Below, in pieces: positions 12,461-27,300 of a stretch of DNA of 64,000 bases. The DNA is taken from positions 868,727 through 932,726 of the forward strand of contig NW_014577076.1 in NCBI RefSeq assembly GCF_000485595.1, in the 5' to 3' direction. Numbering within the stretch: the first letter of the stretch is position 1; every line of letters starts with the position of its first letter. A program made the position numbers and the translations under genes. Under the pieces are notes generated by a model that was given only the letters and a program-made list of their open reading frames with translations, did no database searches and had not been told where the DNA came from. The stretch is from Priapulus caudatus (Eukaryota).

Positions 12461-13896
12461 TGTGTGTGTGTGTGTGTGTGTATGTGTGTGTGTATGACAC
12501 TGTGTGTGTGTGTGCGCGCGCGCGCCGTGGGTCCATTCAGACAAAAACAGATGTAACGCACTTTTAAACAGAAAGAATATTTGTGAAAGAATAAGTAGGC
12601 CTAAGTAAGGGTAAAGAATATGGGTAATAGTTTCATTTACGTCTGATGAAATGAAAGTAACATTTCAGTAAACAGAAAACGCGAACAGTAAAATAGAATA
12701 TGACTCATATTACAGTATTTGTTTTCTATGTTTTATATTTTACACAAACGTAAAGCGTGTATGTTCTATATTGAATTTTCATATCATTTCACCTTGTGTT
12801 GTGTTTGCATCAAACAGACTTGTTAGTGATTTTTTATCGCATCTTGCTGTGGTGTATCCAGCATAGGGCGGAGCCGGCGTAAGCCTCCCCCCCCCCCCGT
12901 TTGCAAGCCCAGAAAAAATCAATAAAACACACTTTTTAGTAGCAGTGGGTCTTCAGGGGTCACGTCAGACTGAACGCCCTCCTGCTTCTGTTGCTCCACA
13001 AGGACCTCCCTTTGCAAATGGATAAGGTGGTCAACATCTTCATCAGAAGGAAGCCTCAAAGGTTGCTATTGGCAAACCCAATGGGGGACGCTTAAGGTCC
13101 CGAACACACAATCATGACATCAACATCTCAGTGGCAATTATCAGTAGGCCTAATTGTCACACTGACTTCTCACACTGACCTGTGCACCAATCGGAGCTGA
13201 TCATCAACATGATCAAGTGTGTTTCCTTTTTAGTGCCATTAAACATGAAGGACTTATTACGTTATCTTGTGTTGCAATTCTTACCTGTGTTTTAATACAT
13301 GTATTATTACTATAGTAACCTAACCTCAGGTGTGTTACTGTACGCTTTCTGGAAAGTCATGAAGTGTTTTCAATACTAAATTGTAGGGTTGAGTCTAGGA
13401 TTGAGATAGTGTCATCAGACATCAGAATATGGCCCACAGTATGCCTCAGATAGCAGGAAAATGGTTTAAATATTTCCAAAAATTTTGGGGTATCATGCCC
13501 CCGACCCCTCTATCGCTGGCGTGCATACCGCGCGCGGGGCTGCCCGCGGCAGCCCAGATACATTTCGCTCCCCTGTTCATCAATTTCTGGATACGCCACT
13601 GTCTTGTTAGTAACTAGAGGCTACTAAAGGATTGGTCGCGTTTAATATTTTTCATGATATGTAATTGATGTATTATTAAAAATCGTTATGCTTATTGTCA
13701 AAGGAACGCCGCAATGCTATCATGCTCGTCTGATGATTTGTATTTGCCTTATCGATAGAGAAATTATGGTAAAACACGGCCCAGTAGCAAACCATTATTA
13801 ACGAACCGCTAGAGGGCGGGTGAAGGCAAATCTATACCCGGTGTCGTCTCTAGACATGGTTCTGATGCTAACATGCAATGCTCGCAGGCCTCTCGG

Positions 13897-16193
13897 TTAG
13901 GCAGTAGATATAAACAATGTCTTTTTAAGCGGTCTTTCGATGATATTTTGATGGACTTGCGCGAAGATCGGTGCATAAATAAGGAAATCTATGAAATCCA
14001 CCACACCGCGGCCATAAGGATCTAGTTTCTTCATCATCTGTAGCAATGATAAAAACTGTTAATCTTAGACAAATCGTATGAGCAGCGTGTGAGGGTTCGT
14101 ACGTGTGAGCGTTTGTACGTGTGAGCGTTCGTACGTGTGAGGGTTCGTACGTATGAGCGTTCGTACGTGTGAGCGTCCGTACGTGTGAGCGTTCGTGCGT
14201 GAAGTTTGGTTATTCATAAGCATAATTAATTATGACTTCTCACCTCGTGACATTCGATGAAATCACTTATTATGTTACCATTGTGCAACTGTTGATCGAA
14301 CAAATTTGCAAGGAAAACAGGCAGGGTGTTGTAATGACTTACATCGTTGGCGAGTTCATCGGGTATGCTACCGGCTTGTAACTCCGTATCGAGTGCGTGT
14401 GATCTCACCTGCCACCTAGCAATCTCGAAATCTTCATCATCGGCGATTAGTTCGAACAAGTCCTGTCAATATATGCGTGTTAGCAGCAGAGTAATAGCTG
14501 CGGCATGAGCCAGCCTGCAGTGCCTCAACGATCTTCGCACCCAGGTTTTACCTCCAGGATTTTACGATTTTCGTTGAACTTAAGTTTTATCAACAATTAA
14601 GTTACATTACATCAACAGCTAATAATTAGTCAAGAGCTTATAGGCATTATTAGTTCTTGATTACATAATAGTCTATGGGGGCTTGTTTTTGTAATGAAAC
14701 AATTTTGTACTGAATAATAATATACGATAGCTCGGAAATGAAAATAGATAACGAAAGCACTGCCGGCTTTATTTTGAACCAAAATGGTTGTCGTGGCGAC
14801 TTCGGCGTTATTACGGACCGTATGCGAATCGGAATGTCTCTGTGATGAAGGCGATATGCTTACAATCTGGTGTACCGTGCCACCCTCTGGTTATAGGAGG
14901 TCCTGACCGTTTTTACGCAGAAAACGACGAGAAAGAAGTCTAAAAGCCATGCTTGCTATAACAGGGCATGCTCTGATTTGTGGAAAAATATTTGCTCCGA
15001 TTAGTAGTGATATCCTTAAACAGTTAATAGGCCAATAACACCATAATCATAAAATACACAATGATGAATTATACAAACGGATGCAATCTCGCTCAGTATT
15101 TGAGCTAGCCCTTACTCATTTCCGTACCTTGTATTTTCTTACGAGCATGGTTAGCAAACAGCTAGATGTCTTGGTAACGCCCCGAAGTGGATAACTGCGA
15201 AGTAGCACGAGAAAAGACAACTATTTAAACTAGTTTTTCTTACTATCAGAGTAAATAGTAACTATATGGTAATGCGTTCCAGAAAAACGCTCGTACCGCG
15301 ATCATTCATAACGTGAATTACGTTTTCCCACCGACTGCCATCACATCATCGGAGATGCATTCATTCGAAAATTCTTCAGCTAAAAAATGTACTACCAGGA
15401 CAATTTTGAACGCATGTGAACATGTTGAAACGCATATTTTGATTATTTAATGATATAACACAGTAACACGATAATCTGGGAGGGAGAGACATTTCAGAAT
15501 TAGTATTTCGGAGAGTGAGAGGGTATGGAAGGCCATTACCACCAAAACCTACCTATTTAATCGCGCTTAAAATGTATTTTAAGCGCGATTGAATTCCAGC
15601 CAATCAGAACAGTGGTTTTTAATCGCGATTAAAATAGATTTTAAGCGCGATTAAAATAGGTAGGTTTTTGTGCGCGTGCGCGCGCGCGTGTGTGTGTGTA
15701 TGTATGTGTGTATGTGGTGTATGTATGTTGTGTATGTATTGTGTATGTATGTGTGTATGTATGTGATGTGTGTGTATGTATGTGTGGCTATGTATGTTGT
15801 TGTGTGTGGGGAGAGGGTGTGGATGTGTGTGTGTGTGCGTGTGTGTCTGTGTGTGTGTGGGGGGGGAGAGGGTTTGTGGTGTGTGAACCATCGTTTGTTG
15901 TGTGTCAGGTTGGTTATGAAGGCCGCGTCCTGGAACGTTTTGATGATCGTCACCATACCATGCTGTGTACCATACACCATACACACATATATGCGCTGAT
16001 TACTCGTCTTACTACTAGCCTGACGTAGGATGCTTTATCACGGGCAGTATATACGTATAGCATATTAAGCATATATGTAAAGTATAGTCACAGCACTGAC
16101 AGTGATTATAACACTATGGTTATAATTGTGATTATTAATATTACAATAAAACAGATAGCATAACGTCTATACAGAACTGACACACGCACACGC

Positions 16194-16231
<38 letters not shown>

Positions 16232-16433
16232 TATAATAATTGATTTATACTGTGCACATTGCATACATACAAATATGTTTACATAGCAGCCCGCGCATGA
16301 TTTAGTTGTGATTCATTGCATTGCTCTTTGATTTGAATTTGATAAGTTGATATGAAATTATCAACGCTTATACGTTGCAAACGATCTATGTACATGAATA
16401 GAATACGCGCCTATAGATAAGTAACGCAAATAA

Positions 16434-16519
<86 letters not shown>

Positions 16520-19500
16520 GCACAAAAACCTACCTATTTTAATCGCGCTTAAAATCTATATTAATCGCGATTAAAAACCACTGTTCTGATTGGCTGGAAT
16601 TTAATCGCGCTTAAAATCAATTTTAATCGCAATTAAAAACCACTGTTCTGATTGGCTGAAATTCAATCGGGATTAAAATAGGTAGGTTTTGGCGGTAATG
16701 GCCTTCCATAATAGAGAGGGGTTTTAGCAGCTGGCATAAATGGCTTCAGAGATTGCACGACACGGTGGATAAGGTGTTGACGGCTGCTGGGTGACGTGTA
16801 AACTCGCATCATTTTACGGGGCAAAAGGTTAATTATTAAAACAAGCGTGATACAGTTTTACACAATTTGATGGTTTATAGTTGCAACATTAGTATGGCTT
16901 ATTTTTACAGGATAAAATTGCTACGTCCGTAATTATTGACATATTGTAATATGTCATAATACCGATATACCACCTGTAACATCTTGGTGATTGTTTTCCC
17001 AAGTTCCAGCGACTAGCGCTAACTAGATAATACTACATAATGACAATATCTATATATATAAAGTTGCTCAGCCGAATTAGTGTGTTCGCGCATAACTAGA
17101 GAACTCCGCAGCGGCGCAGCCTAGAGGAAAACTAAAGATATTTTCAGAATCAGCACGTCTGGGAGGTGGTTCTAGCTAAAACTATTAAAGTTAAACATTC
17201 ATAAAAAATTCTATTGATCAATAGATGGCGGTCACGTACGTACACACAACATCACGTCTGCATCCATGGTGTATAAACGTAATGGCGCAGTGGGCTCATT
17301 AGTTCAACATCCGTCTGTTACACATGGATTTCGGGTTCGATTCCCAGCTGGGGAACTTATCTTCCCCTTTTTTCTTTTTTTCCCTTTACCTAACTCTTTA
17401 GTATGTATTATTTTAAATTTTTAATTAATTTTTAATTTATTAATTTATTAAATTTTATTATTTTTTTAGTTTATTAATTATTTTTCTTTTTAATGTTTTT
17501 TATCTTTTGATTTCTTATTATTTTTTACTGTTTGGGATGGGATGGGATGGGATGGGATGGGATGGCATGCGATGGGAGGCGGTGCGATGGAATGGGATGG
17601 GATGGGATGGGATAGCATGGGATGGCATGACATGGCATGGGATGGCTCTGAATGTGATGAGATGGGATGGGATGGGATGGGATATGGGATGGGATGCGGT
17701 GCGATGGGATGGGATGGGATGGCATGCAATGTTATGGATGGATGGATGGATGGATGGATGGATGGATAGATAGATAGTTAGATTTCCTTTTTTTTTTAGT
17801 TTATTAATTGTTTTTATTTTTAATGTCTTTTATCTTTTGATTTCTTATTCTTTTTTACTGTTTGGGATGGGATGGGATGGGATGGGATGGGATGGGATGG
17901 GATGGAATGGGATGGGATGAGATGGGATGGCATGGCATCGCATGCGATGGCATGGGATGGCATGGCATGGCATGGCATGGCATGGCATGGCATGGCATGG
18001 GTTGGCATGGGATGGCATGGGATGACATGGCATGGGATGGGATGAGATGGGATGGGATATGGGATAGGATGGGATGCGGTGCGATGGGATGGGATGGCAT
18101 GGGATGGGATGGGATGGCATGGCATGGCACTGAATGTGATGAGATGGGATGGGATGGGATGGGATGCGGTGCGATGGGATGAGATGGGATGGCATGGAAT
18201 GGGATGGATGGATGGATGGATGCATGGATGGATGCATGCACGGATAGATAGACAGTTAGATTTTTTGGGGTATTTTTCTTTCAACCAAGCAGTCACCAGC
18301 TGAGTAACGCCACTGATTTCTCCGGGCAACGCCGGGTATCCCGCTAGTACTATATAATACCAATATACTACATAATGACAATGTTACCAGCTACTACAAG
18401 TCTTTCATATATCGTTCTCCGACAAGTTACTGATATTTTCCCCGACGGGAGAGAAACTCACCCTGACCCACGCCTCCTTTTTAGGACACTCCTAGCTGCC
18501 ATCTACAGCTGGAGCTAAGGAGATTACGGAGCTAATAAGGAGCTAACGGATTATTGTAATAGCAACGCTACAAGTCAGGTAACTGAGGAAGCTAACGCGA
18601 CTTTGCGTTGCCGTAAACCCTGAGGTACCGCGTGGCAGAGTCACGTGGATTCTGCGCAAGCGTACACTCAAACTCGCACATGAAATCAGGATGGCACACA
18701 CTACCATTCCCTTATTATTACATCGAAATACCCACAGAAATGGCACATTAAAAAAAATTACGCAAAATGTTAACAAACTGTCAAGACCGTTCGTACAAAA
18801 TTTATTGAGCGTATATAGGCGGCATAGCAACAGCGTCTAGTCTAGTATATCCTATAGGTTTACATCTAGACTAGTCTGGTCATAGATAGAATAGTTGTTT
18901 TGTAAAGCTAAATAAACTGTTTTTTAAACTTATAATGAACTATCTCTTGGAAAATAATAACCTTATATTTAAATTAACATTTACCAATAGATATAAGCAA
19001 AATTATGTAAATTCAGCTTATTTATGTATATACTATATATTGGACGCCCCAACGACGCGAAGATATGTAAGCAGATATAAGTCGAGTCGCTCGGAGTCGC
19101 TGGCTGTACCCATGTTACTCCGTACAAAAGCGTGGGGCGCTTATGCCGATGTAAACACCGGAACGTGTTGGGCCTATCTGATCAAAATATTTAATGCACA
19201 AAATGCTTGCACAGAGCAATATTTTGATTATATACATTACGGATTGCTGGGGTAAAACCGCTTTAAATTTGAAATAAAATTTAATTAGGATGTTTTTTTT
19301 CGAAATTCCAAATTAATTTTTTGTACAATTTTGTAATATTTTTTCCCTGGCTCGGATCAAACAGTGCACAGATCACTAAAACAATTACGGACAACGCGAC
19401 TGCAATTTTTCATGGACCATTGCCCGACAGGTTACTGATTCCCCCCCCCTCCGTGGGGAGGGGGGGTGCCCTGGAGGCCCTGGAGGCCAAAACCTTATCT

Positions 19501-20694
19501 AACATTGATTGCCGTTCACCGCGGATCTTCACTTTGTACCACGCCCTGTAGAAGGCTGAAGTTGTTGCGAATAACTGCTCTTGAAATAGGTAACATGTTT
19601 CTGGAGTTTACTGGACGCGGCCGGAAGGGGGAGGGGGATTTCAGAAACGCACTAGCGTAAACAGTACACGTGTAGGTAAAACTGTCTAGTGCGATAGCGG
19701 TACGTTACACATAATTATTAAAGATGACCCGCTCTACATGGTGGCAGTCGCCTGCATGTTTATTACATAAATTTCATATACGGTGATTGAGCTCGCTATT
19801 TTTCGAGTAAACACCTCACTAATTTTGTGAAAATTACGAAAGACCGAATTTGCGTTTCGTATCGCGAGTAGTGAGTTTAAAATTCACAAATTACGTATAC
19901 GCGAATTCACGTGACCCGGGTTGTTATAACACGGGGTATTACTATATAGATCTACGGGTACTTGGCACATACCGTTGTAGGGGTAGTCCTTCCGAGAATG
20001 CTGCGAGCACACAGAATGTTTTATAGTCCAGCTCTTTACAACCTGGAAGGTTTAGAAGCTGAAATGAAAAGATGAGAAACGCGTTCGGTTGCAACTAATA
20101 CTGTGTGTCAAATTATAGTGACCACGTCTGCGATGTCTGTTGCACACAGCCATCTACTGCCACTTGAATACAACCATCTATGTCATCATTTTCCATGTAA
20201 GAGTGAATGAACCTGACAGCTCTTCCCTGACTATCATGACGTGACTCTTCTACACATGACAGTCTTAATAACAACAACATCACTTTCCGTTCCATAATTT
20301 GCATAAATTAACGCTAATTAACAAAAATCACGAATTACTTATTACTATGACGTACATACGTGTCAATGTGTGGTATTGTTTCACTCTGTGGACTGCAGCA
20401 GCCTCTATATAATGAGCACGTAATATGAGCCGAGAAGCACGAAAACAAAGCTCTAGTTACGCGCCGCAGCTTTGAGTATGTGACTACAAAACTAACCAGC
20501 TACGTAGGAAAAATGGGCGCATGCTTGCTGTTTGTTCTTAGCGTACCATATATCAAACCTTAGATACATTATCACCGTCAAACCTGATATACGCCATCTA
20601 GTTCTCTCTCATCAATCGAATTTCCGCTGACTTCCCACAGAGCACCTTTCAGTTTATTCGCGTCTATTTGCATGGCCTATGTGAGAAACGATAG

Positions 20695-20748
<54 letters not shown>

Positions 20749-21268
20749 TATAAAGCAAAAGAAACGATGTTTACGGTCAGGCAAAATGGTTGGGTTCACT
20801 ACTAAAGTTACTATAGCTTCCTAAAAAGTGAGAACTCATGAAAACCATTGTACGTACGACGTACGAGTGATGCAGATGAAGTAATCTGTAGGCGTCATTT
20901 GGAATATCAGTCGACTTACCTCTGCTTTGAGAATCTGTTGTTCGCACCATACGGTAGCAGCGTCTCCCCTGACTGTCACGTAAACAAAGTCTACTGTTAT
21001 TACTATTGTCGACATAGAAACGTGCACGCACACACACGGACGCGATCACGCACATGCCCATGGCACGTGCACGCACACGCACACGCACACGCACACTACT
21101 GCGCACGTGCACCCACACGCACACACATACGCCCGCGCAGGCGTAGGCGCACGCACACGTAAACACATACCCGCACGCATACGCACACGCCACGCGCGCA
21201 CCCCCCCCCCCCCTCACCCCCACGCAAACACACAACCACACACACAACCACACACACANNNNNNNNNN

Positions 21269-21322
<54 letters not shown>

Positions 21323-24300
21323 CGCACGCATACACACGCAGATGGGGGTGATCGCGCTTACGTCAAACTATAGGCTTATATGGGTATATCCATTTACAAT
21401 TAACTCATGGGATTTCTCTCTGTAACGAATATTCGCACAGCGAATACCTCGCCCCCACATCCCCCACATAGAGGAACTGCTATAGGTGTATGCGCTATAT
21501 CGCCAAACCGCGCGCATGTACTTACTGCTGTGCGTGGCGGCTACAAGCAAGCATGAGAAACAATTCTTGCTTACAACTTACTGCTATCACACGAATATGA
21601 CTGTGACACGAATGATCAATGTGCGAAGAGCGTCAGAAATAATTGAAATAAAAGAGACTTTACAGAGAATATCATTACAGAACCAATTTACTGCTGGTGA
21701 GACCTCGTACCAATGGTGCAGTGCCTTTGTGGATGTAGATCATAGAGTCCTGACTCTAACTCATTAAACATATCTCCTAATTCCCGCTGCAAAACAGGAA
21801 CACGTTAAACTGTAACGAACACGAGAGATCTATTCATTCTTTGTTTTTGTACTAATTGGAGCGAAGTCGGTCGGTTCGGAACGGTACGTCATGAAATAGG
21901 TTAACAGCTCTATCGCGTTTACACTAAGGATTTATTTATGCGAATGAAGTTGGAAGTTGCTGGGTCCGTGCTGAAAACCTAATCACATGGGTTATCCTGA
22001 ATGAAATGTCGATAATGCAGCTCTAAGCTTTCGCGAGCATGCACGAACGCACGCGCACACACACACGCGCACGCGCACGCATGCACGATTCACGCACACA
22101 CATACACGCACACACATACACGCACACACATACACGCTCACACATACACGCGAGCGCACGCACGCGCGCGCGATTATGAGATTTCGCCTTGTCCCTATGT
22201 CGTCATCGTAAAAGTAATGTACTCATTTCTGCAATATTGCATTCGATAAATGCGCGGTGACACGCACTGATATGATAATGGTACATGATTGCATACCAGG
22301 TCTTGCTATCTAGTGTGACATTTAGCGAAATACAAGCACATCATGCGTCATAATAATTTCATTGTAAAAACATGACCATATATATATATATATATATATA
22401 TATCAGGAAAACCCATGATAGAAGTGCATTTACTATTAAGCCTTAATATAATATAACTTTTTAATATCAAAGCCCTGATGTTTAGCGTCTAAAACGAACT
22501 GCCGAATGAGAAGAATACATGCACTTTCTATATAATATCAAATCGACAATAACTTTGAAATAGACCAGTAGGATATAGTGCCCTAAATGTCAACATCGCA
22601 TGATACATTTAACAAAAACTCGTAAAAAGTCAATTATTTACACGAATGGCTGGTTATCCACGGGAGTATACGACCGATTTCACTAATGTCCCTCGCCAGG
22701 AGGCGTTCCCCTTGTTTGCCGGTGTCACCTGAGCTCATGATACAGGTTGAACTCTTCTTTGTCAATCGCACGCTCGCGGCACGCGCGAACAGTTGTACCT
22801 GAGCTGGCCTGCTCTCGCATCCTCACAGTATCGCTCTAATGATGATGACTTCACTTACGGTTGCTGCGCATTTATGCGGATGAATCACACTGCGGCGGCT
22901 GACGGATCGGCTGGGAGTAGCGACGGCTTCCTCCCTCGAGCTGAGCAGAGATTCTGTGCGTGTTTTCGCTGCATGGTCGGTCGCGTTGTCGCTGAATATT
23001 CGCGCGTATTTCAACAGCGAATCTCTCCTGAATTGCGATGAAACACTTTCTCGCCACACAAGTTTTGACACGTTGTCACTGTTATTACTAGATGGTTATA
23101 AAAACAATATGAAAATTAGAAAACTAATTCGCATAAACTTTCAGATAGATATAAATCGGCACGAAACAGTATTTGAATGTGTATGCTGGTAGTCAGGATT
23201 TATATGTGGCTGTTGCATTTGGTTGTTGTTATCGCCTAGTACTCTGCAAATTGCGTAAACGCTATGAAATACTGCATAACGATAGTCGAAAATAATCATC
23301 TTGACGTGAGACTTTCCTACGGAAATGTGGTCAGTATCCCTCGCTAGACGTAATCACGTAATCACTCGATAGTAGTTTCTTCAAGTTTATGTTAGCATAT
23401 AGCACATAGTTGTTGTGTAGATAAAAGCAGTCACACATTTTAGTACAGTAGATTAGAAAAAAATCGTTCAAATTGTGAAAAAAGTATGAAAATTGGTACA
23501 CTTGCATACTTTTGTATGCTCTTTCATTTAAAAGCAGGACACACGCGATCCAACTACAACTTCGCCCGCCATCTTGAATTTAAAAATGGCCGCCGTCATT
23601 TCTTAAAAAATAGCTATATCTCGGTTAATAATCTTCGTACAGACTTGAAAATTGACTGACAGACGTAATTTGGGTTACTATTTCATACAACAACGTGAAA
23701 TAGCTATATCTCGGTTAATAATCTTCGTACAGACTTGAAAATTGACTGACAGACGTAATTTGGGTTACTATTTCATACAACAACGTGATGCATGTGATCC
23801 AAGGGCGTTTTCGGCCGCCATCTTGAATTACTATTTCATACAACAACGTGATGCATGTGATCCAAGGGCGTTTTCGGCCACCATCTTGAATTCAAAATGG
23901 CCGCCGTCATTTCTTAAAAAATAGCTATATCTCGGTTAATAATCTTCGTACAGACTTGAAAATTTACTGACAGACGTAATTTGGGTTACTATTTCATACA
24001 ACAACGTGATGCATGTGATCCAAGGGCGGATTCAAAATGGCCGCCATAAAAATTACAAACTTAGCAATATTTCCGTTCACGGAAGATATAGAGACGTGAA
24101 AATTTGCCGACTGGCGCAGGTTAATACCCATCCGGCCAAGTCGACACGTGCCGTATCCAACACGCATTGGAAACGATGGAAAAAATACGCATTTTATCGT
24201 GGAGTTCTAAACACGCATTTTCAACGTGCCGTTCTTCAAGTAAACGCGACGTGTACACAAGCAGTTCAAAACTCACGCGCGCGAGCACGCACGCACGCAC

Positions 24301-27300
24301 GCACGCACATAACAGATAGCTATACGCCCGCGAGAACGCACGCACGCACGCACATAACAGATAGCTATATACGCGCACGAGCACGCACGNNNNNNNNNNN
24401 NNNNNNNNNNNNNNNNNNNNNNNNNNNNNNNNNNNNNNNNNNNNNNNNNNNNNNNNNNNNNNNNNNNNNNNNNNNNNNNNNNNNNNNNNNNNNNNNNNNN
24501 NNNNNNNNNNNNNNNNNNNNNNNNNNNNNNNNNNNNNNNNNNNNNNNNNNNNNNNNNNNNNNNNNNNNNNNNNNNNNNNNNNNNNNNNNNNNNNNNNNNN
24601 NNNNNNNNNNNNNNNTGTTTCGAGACATTTGTTTAACTTAAACAATAGTATTATTTAGCTTGCCATGCATGTTCTTGTGTACTGTATACTACAACTTGTT
24701 GTCTTGAATTATCTCTCTCTCACACTGGGGATTCCGATTGCCAGTTTGGCATTGTGTTTGTTATATACTGAGAAAAATCGGTAATTCAACATTTTCACCA
24801 TGTTTGTTTGTATCTGTTATATACTGAGAAAAATCGGTAATTCAACATTTTCACCATGTTTGTTTGTATCTGTTATACTATGTCATTGATCATTTTGAAG
24901 TACAGAGTAAAATGTGATGGCGGCCATGTTGAATTCAATATGGCCGCTGTAATTATAATTGGAACTTGTGTGTCTTGTTTTAATATGAGAGCTTATTAAC
25001 CTGCGCCAGTCTGCAAATTTTCACGTCTCTATATCTTCCGTGAACGAAAAAATTGCTAAGTTTGTAATTTTTATGGTGGCCATTTTGAATCCAAGATGGT
25101 GGCCAAAAACGCTCTTGGATCACATGCATCACGTTGTTGTATGAAATAGTAATTCAAGATGGCGGCCGAAAACGCCCTTGGATCACATGCATCACGTTGT
25201 TGTATGAAATAGTAACCCAAATTACGTCTGTCAGTCAATTTTCAAGTCTGTACGAAGATTATTAACCGAGATATAGCTATTTTTTAAGAAATGACGGCGG
25301 CCATTTTTGAATTCAAGATGGCGGCAGAAGTTGTAGGTGGATCGCGTGTGTCCTGCTTTTAAATGAAAGAGCATACAAAAGTATGCAAGTGTACCAATTT
25401 TCACACTTTTTTCACAATTTGAACGATTTAGATGATATTCTGACCTAACCGACTGTACTATTTACTACGTGCAACGACAGATTGATCATTCAATTAAATC
25501 CCACGGTGCGTGTGAGTTGTGATCATCTTCATCACTGAATAAATCTGGTGCAATACATGAAAAATAATCACACAATAATATTGCATTTCGTTGATCACAA
25601 TTTCAATTTCTAAGTAGGACCTATGATACTTTAAAACATTTCCGTGATTATTACGCGAACCTAAGAAAATAATGAATATAACAGAAACGGTCATGATTCA
25701 AAGAAACCGCAGTGACAGGCATAAGGGAAGTCATACATATATGACGGTATCATTACCACGAGACATTATGGAAAAATGAAAATGGAGAAAACAACGCATC
25801 ATTTCTATTACCAGGTATTACATATTACAACCAAATAACCGAAAATCCTTCGATTACTCATAGGCTATAAAAACGCATGTTGTACATGTGGTCGCACGCG
25901 CACACACACGCGCACGCACACGCGCACGCACACGCGCACGCACACGCGCACGCACACGCACAAGTAGGCCTATACACATACGCACACGTACACGCGCACG
26001 CACGTGTACACGTCAATGTCCGCAGGCACACAGAGTAAGGCGTATAATGTGCAAAACCCTACTACAATAGACGCGTGGTAGTACTGTTATACAACTACGC
26101 CATGTGGAACAATAACAAGGTTCGCAGATGCGTTTGCTTGCCTACCTGAAGATGCAATAGTCCCGCAGCGTGATTAATCCATGCATGTCTTCTGCAGTTC
26201 CGTCTGACTGCTGACTGCTGTCAGTGACAGCGATACCACTGAAATTAGATACCGACATAATAAGCTGACAAGGTTACGCACGACTCAACCGCCGCTGTCG
26301 CTCGGCGATGCATGATTGGTGACAGTGTAACGTCCACTATCGTAATAATTTGGCATCTGGCACGCTTAGAGGAAATCTACGTGTCAATGATCTCACGTAA
26401 TTTCAGCCGAAGGCAATGTTAATCACGTCATATTTCGTAAAAAACACCTAATGTGAACGTGAATTATGGTAATTCGCCGGCGTTGCAGTTTGCATACCTT
26501 ACTCGTGGTTCATATTTGAAGTCGCTGATAACGTTGATCGCACTGTTGGCTTCATCACGGCCTGCTATCACCGCAGTAAGAGCCCGATGTAACACTGATG
26601 GAGCGTGGAAGCATGTTTGCAACTGTTGATGCCCTAAGGCGTTACGATCTTGACGGTCGACGGCATCTAGCTTATCGTCACAGCATGCTTCACCTACCAA
26701 AGAAACTGCGTGCGTGTAACGTGTTCTCACTGTGTGATATACAATCGCACGTACACGCGATTGCACGCGCACCCATGTATGCACCCACTCGCACACACAC
26801 AGACACACACGTGCGCGCACACACACGCAGACACGGGCGCGCACTTGCAATCACACGCACACCCACACACACACGCGCGCACACACACGCACACACGCGC
26901 ACTCGCACTCGTACACGCACACGCACATGCACACCCACACGAACACGCACACACAAAAACCCCCTATATATATATATATATACTAGCTGCGGGTACCCGC
27001 TGCGCTGGGTAAAATCGTGCTACTAATTCATACTACTAATAATCGGACACAATAGGAAGATTGGGTAAAAATCGACAATAACATTGCACAGAATATCAAT
27101 ATTTATAATTTAGCATGGGGAAAAAACTGTTACGTATGACATTTATATGACAGCACAACCCAACTTAGAACCCCTGGAACATAATAGCAATATGGTGTAA
27201 ATGAGAAAAAGTTATTATAACAGCATGTACGAATGGGTTGCAGTTTTCATTTGAAAACCTCTTGATAAACAATGTTTTTGTGTTATTCTCTGGTGGAAAT

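Larger units (their letters stand above)
17049..18347 (+). mobile_element. Non-autonomous Helitron
   Basis: 5' A|TCTATATATATAAAG; 3' GC-rich hairpin ccgggcaacgccggg followed by CTAG|T. Inserted at an AT dinucleotide with no TSD. Confidence 0.85.

Noticed and set aside
17283..17355. tRNA gene
   Set aside because: A and B boxes are present, but acceptor and anticodon stems cannot be formed convincingly; treated as a SINE-like relic.
20113..20304. [21 protein letters not shown] as an exon of the EF-hand-like gene
   Set aside because: Its phase is incompatible with the flanking exons, which join cleanly without it.
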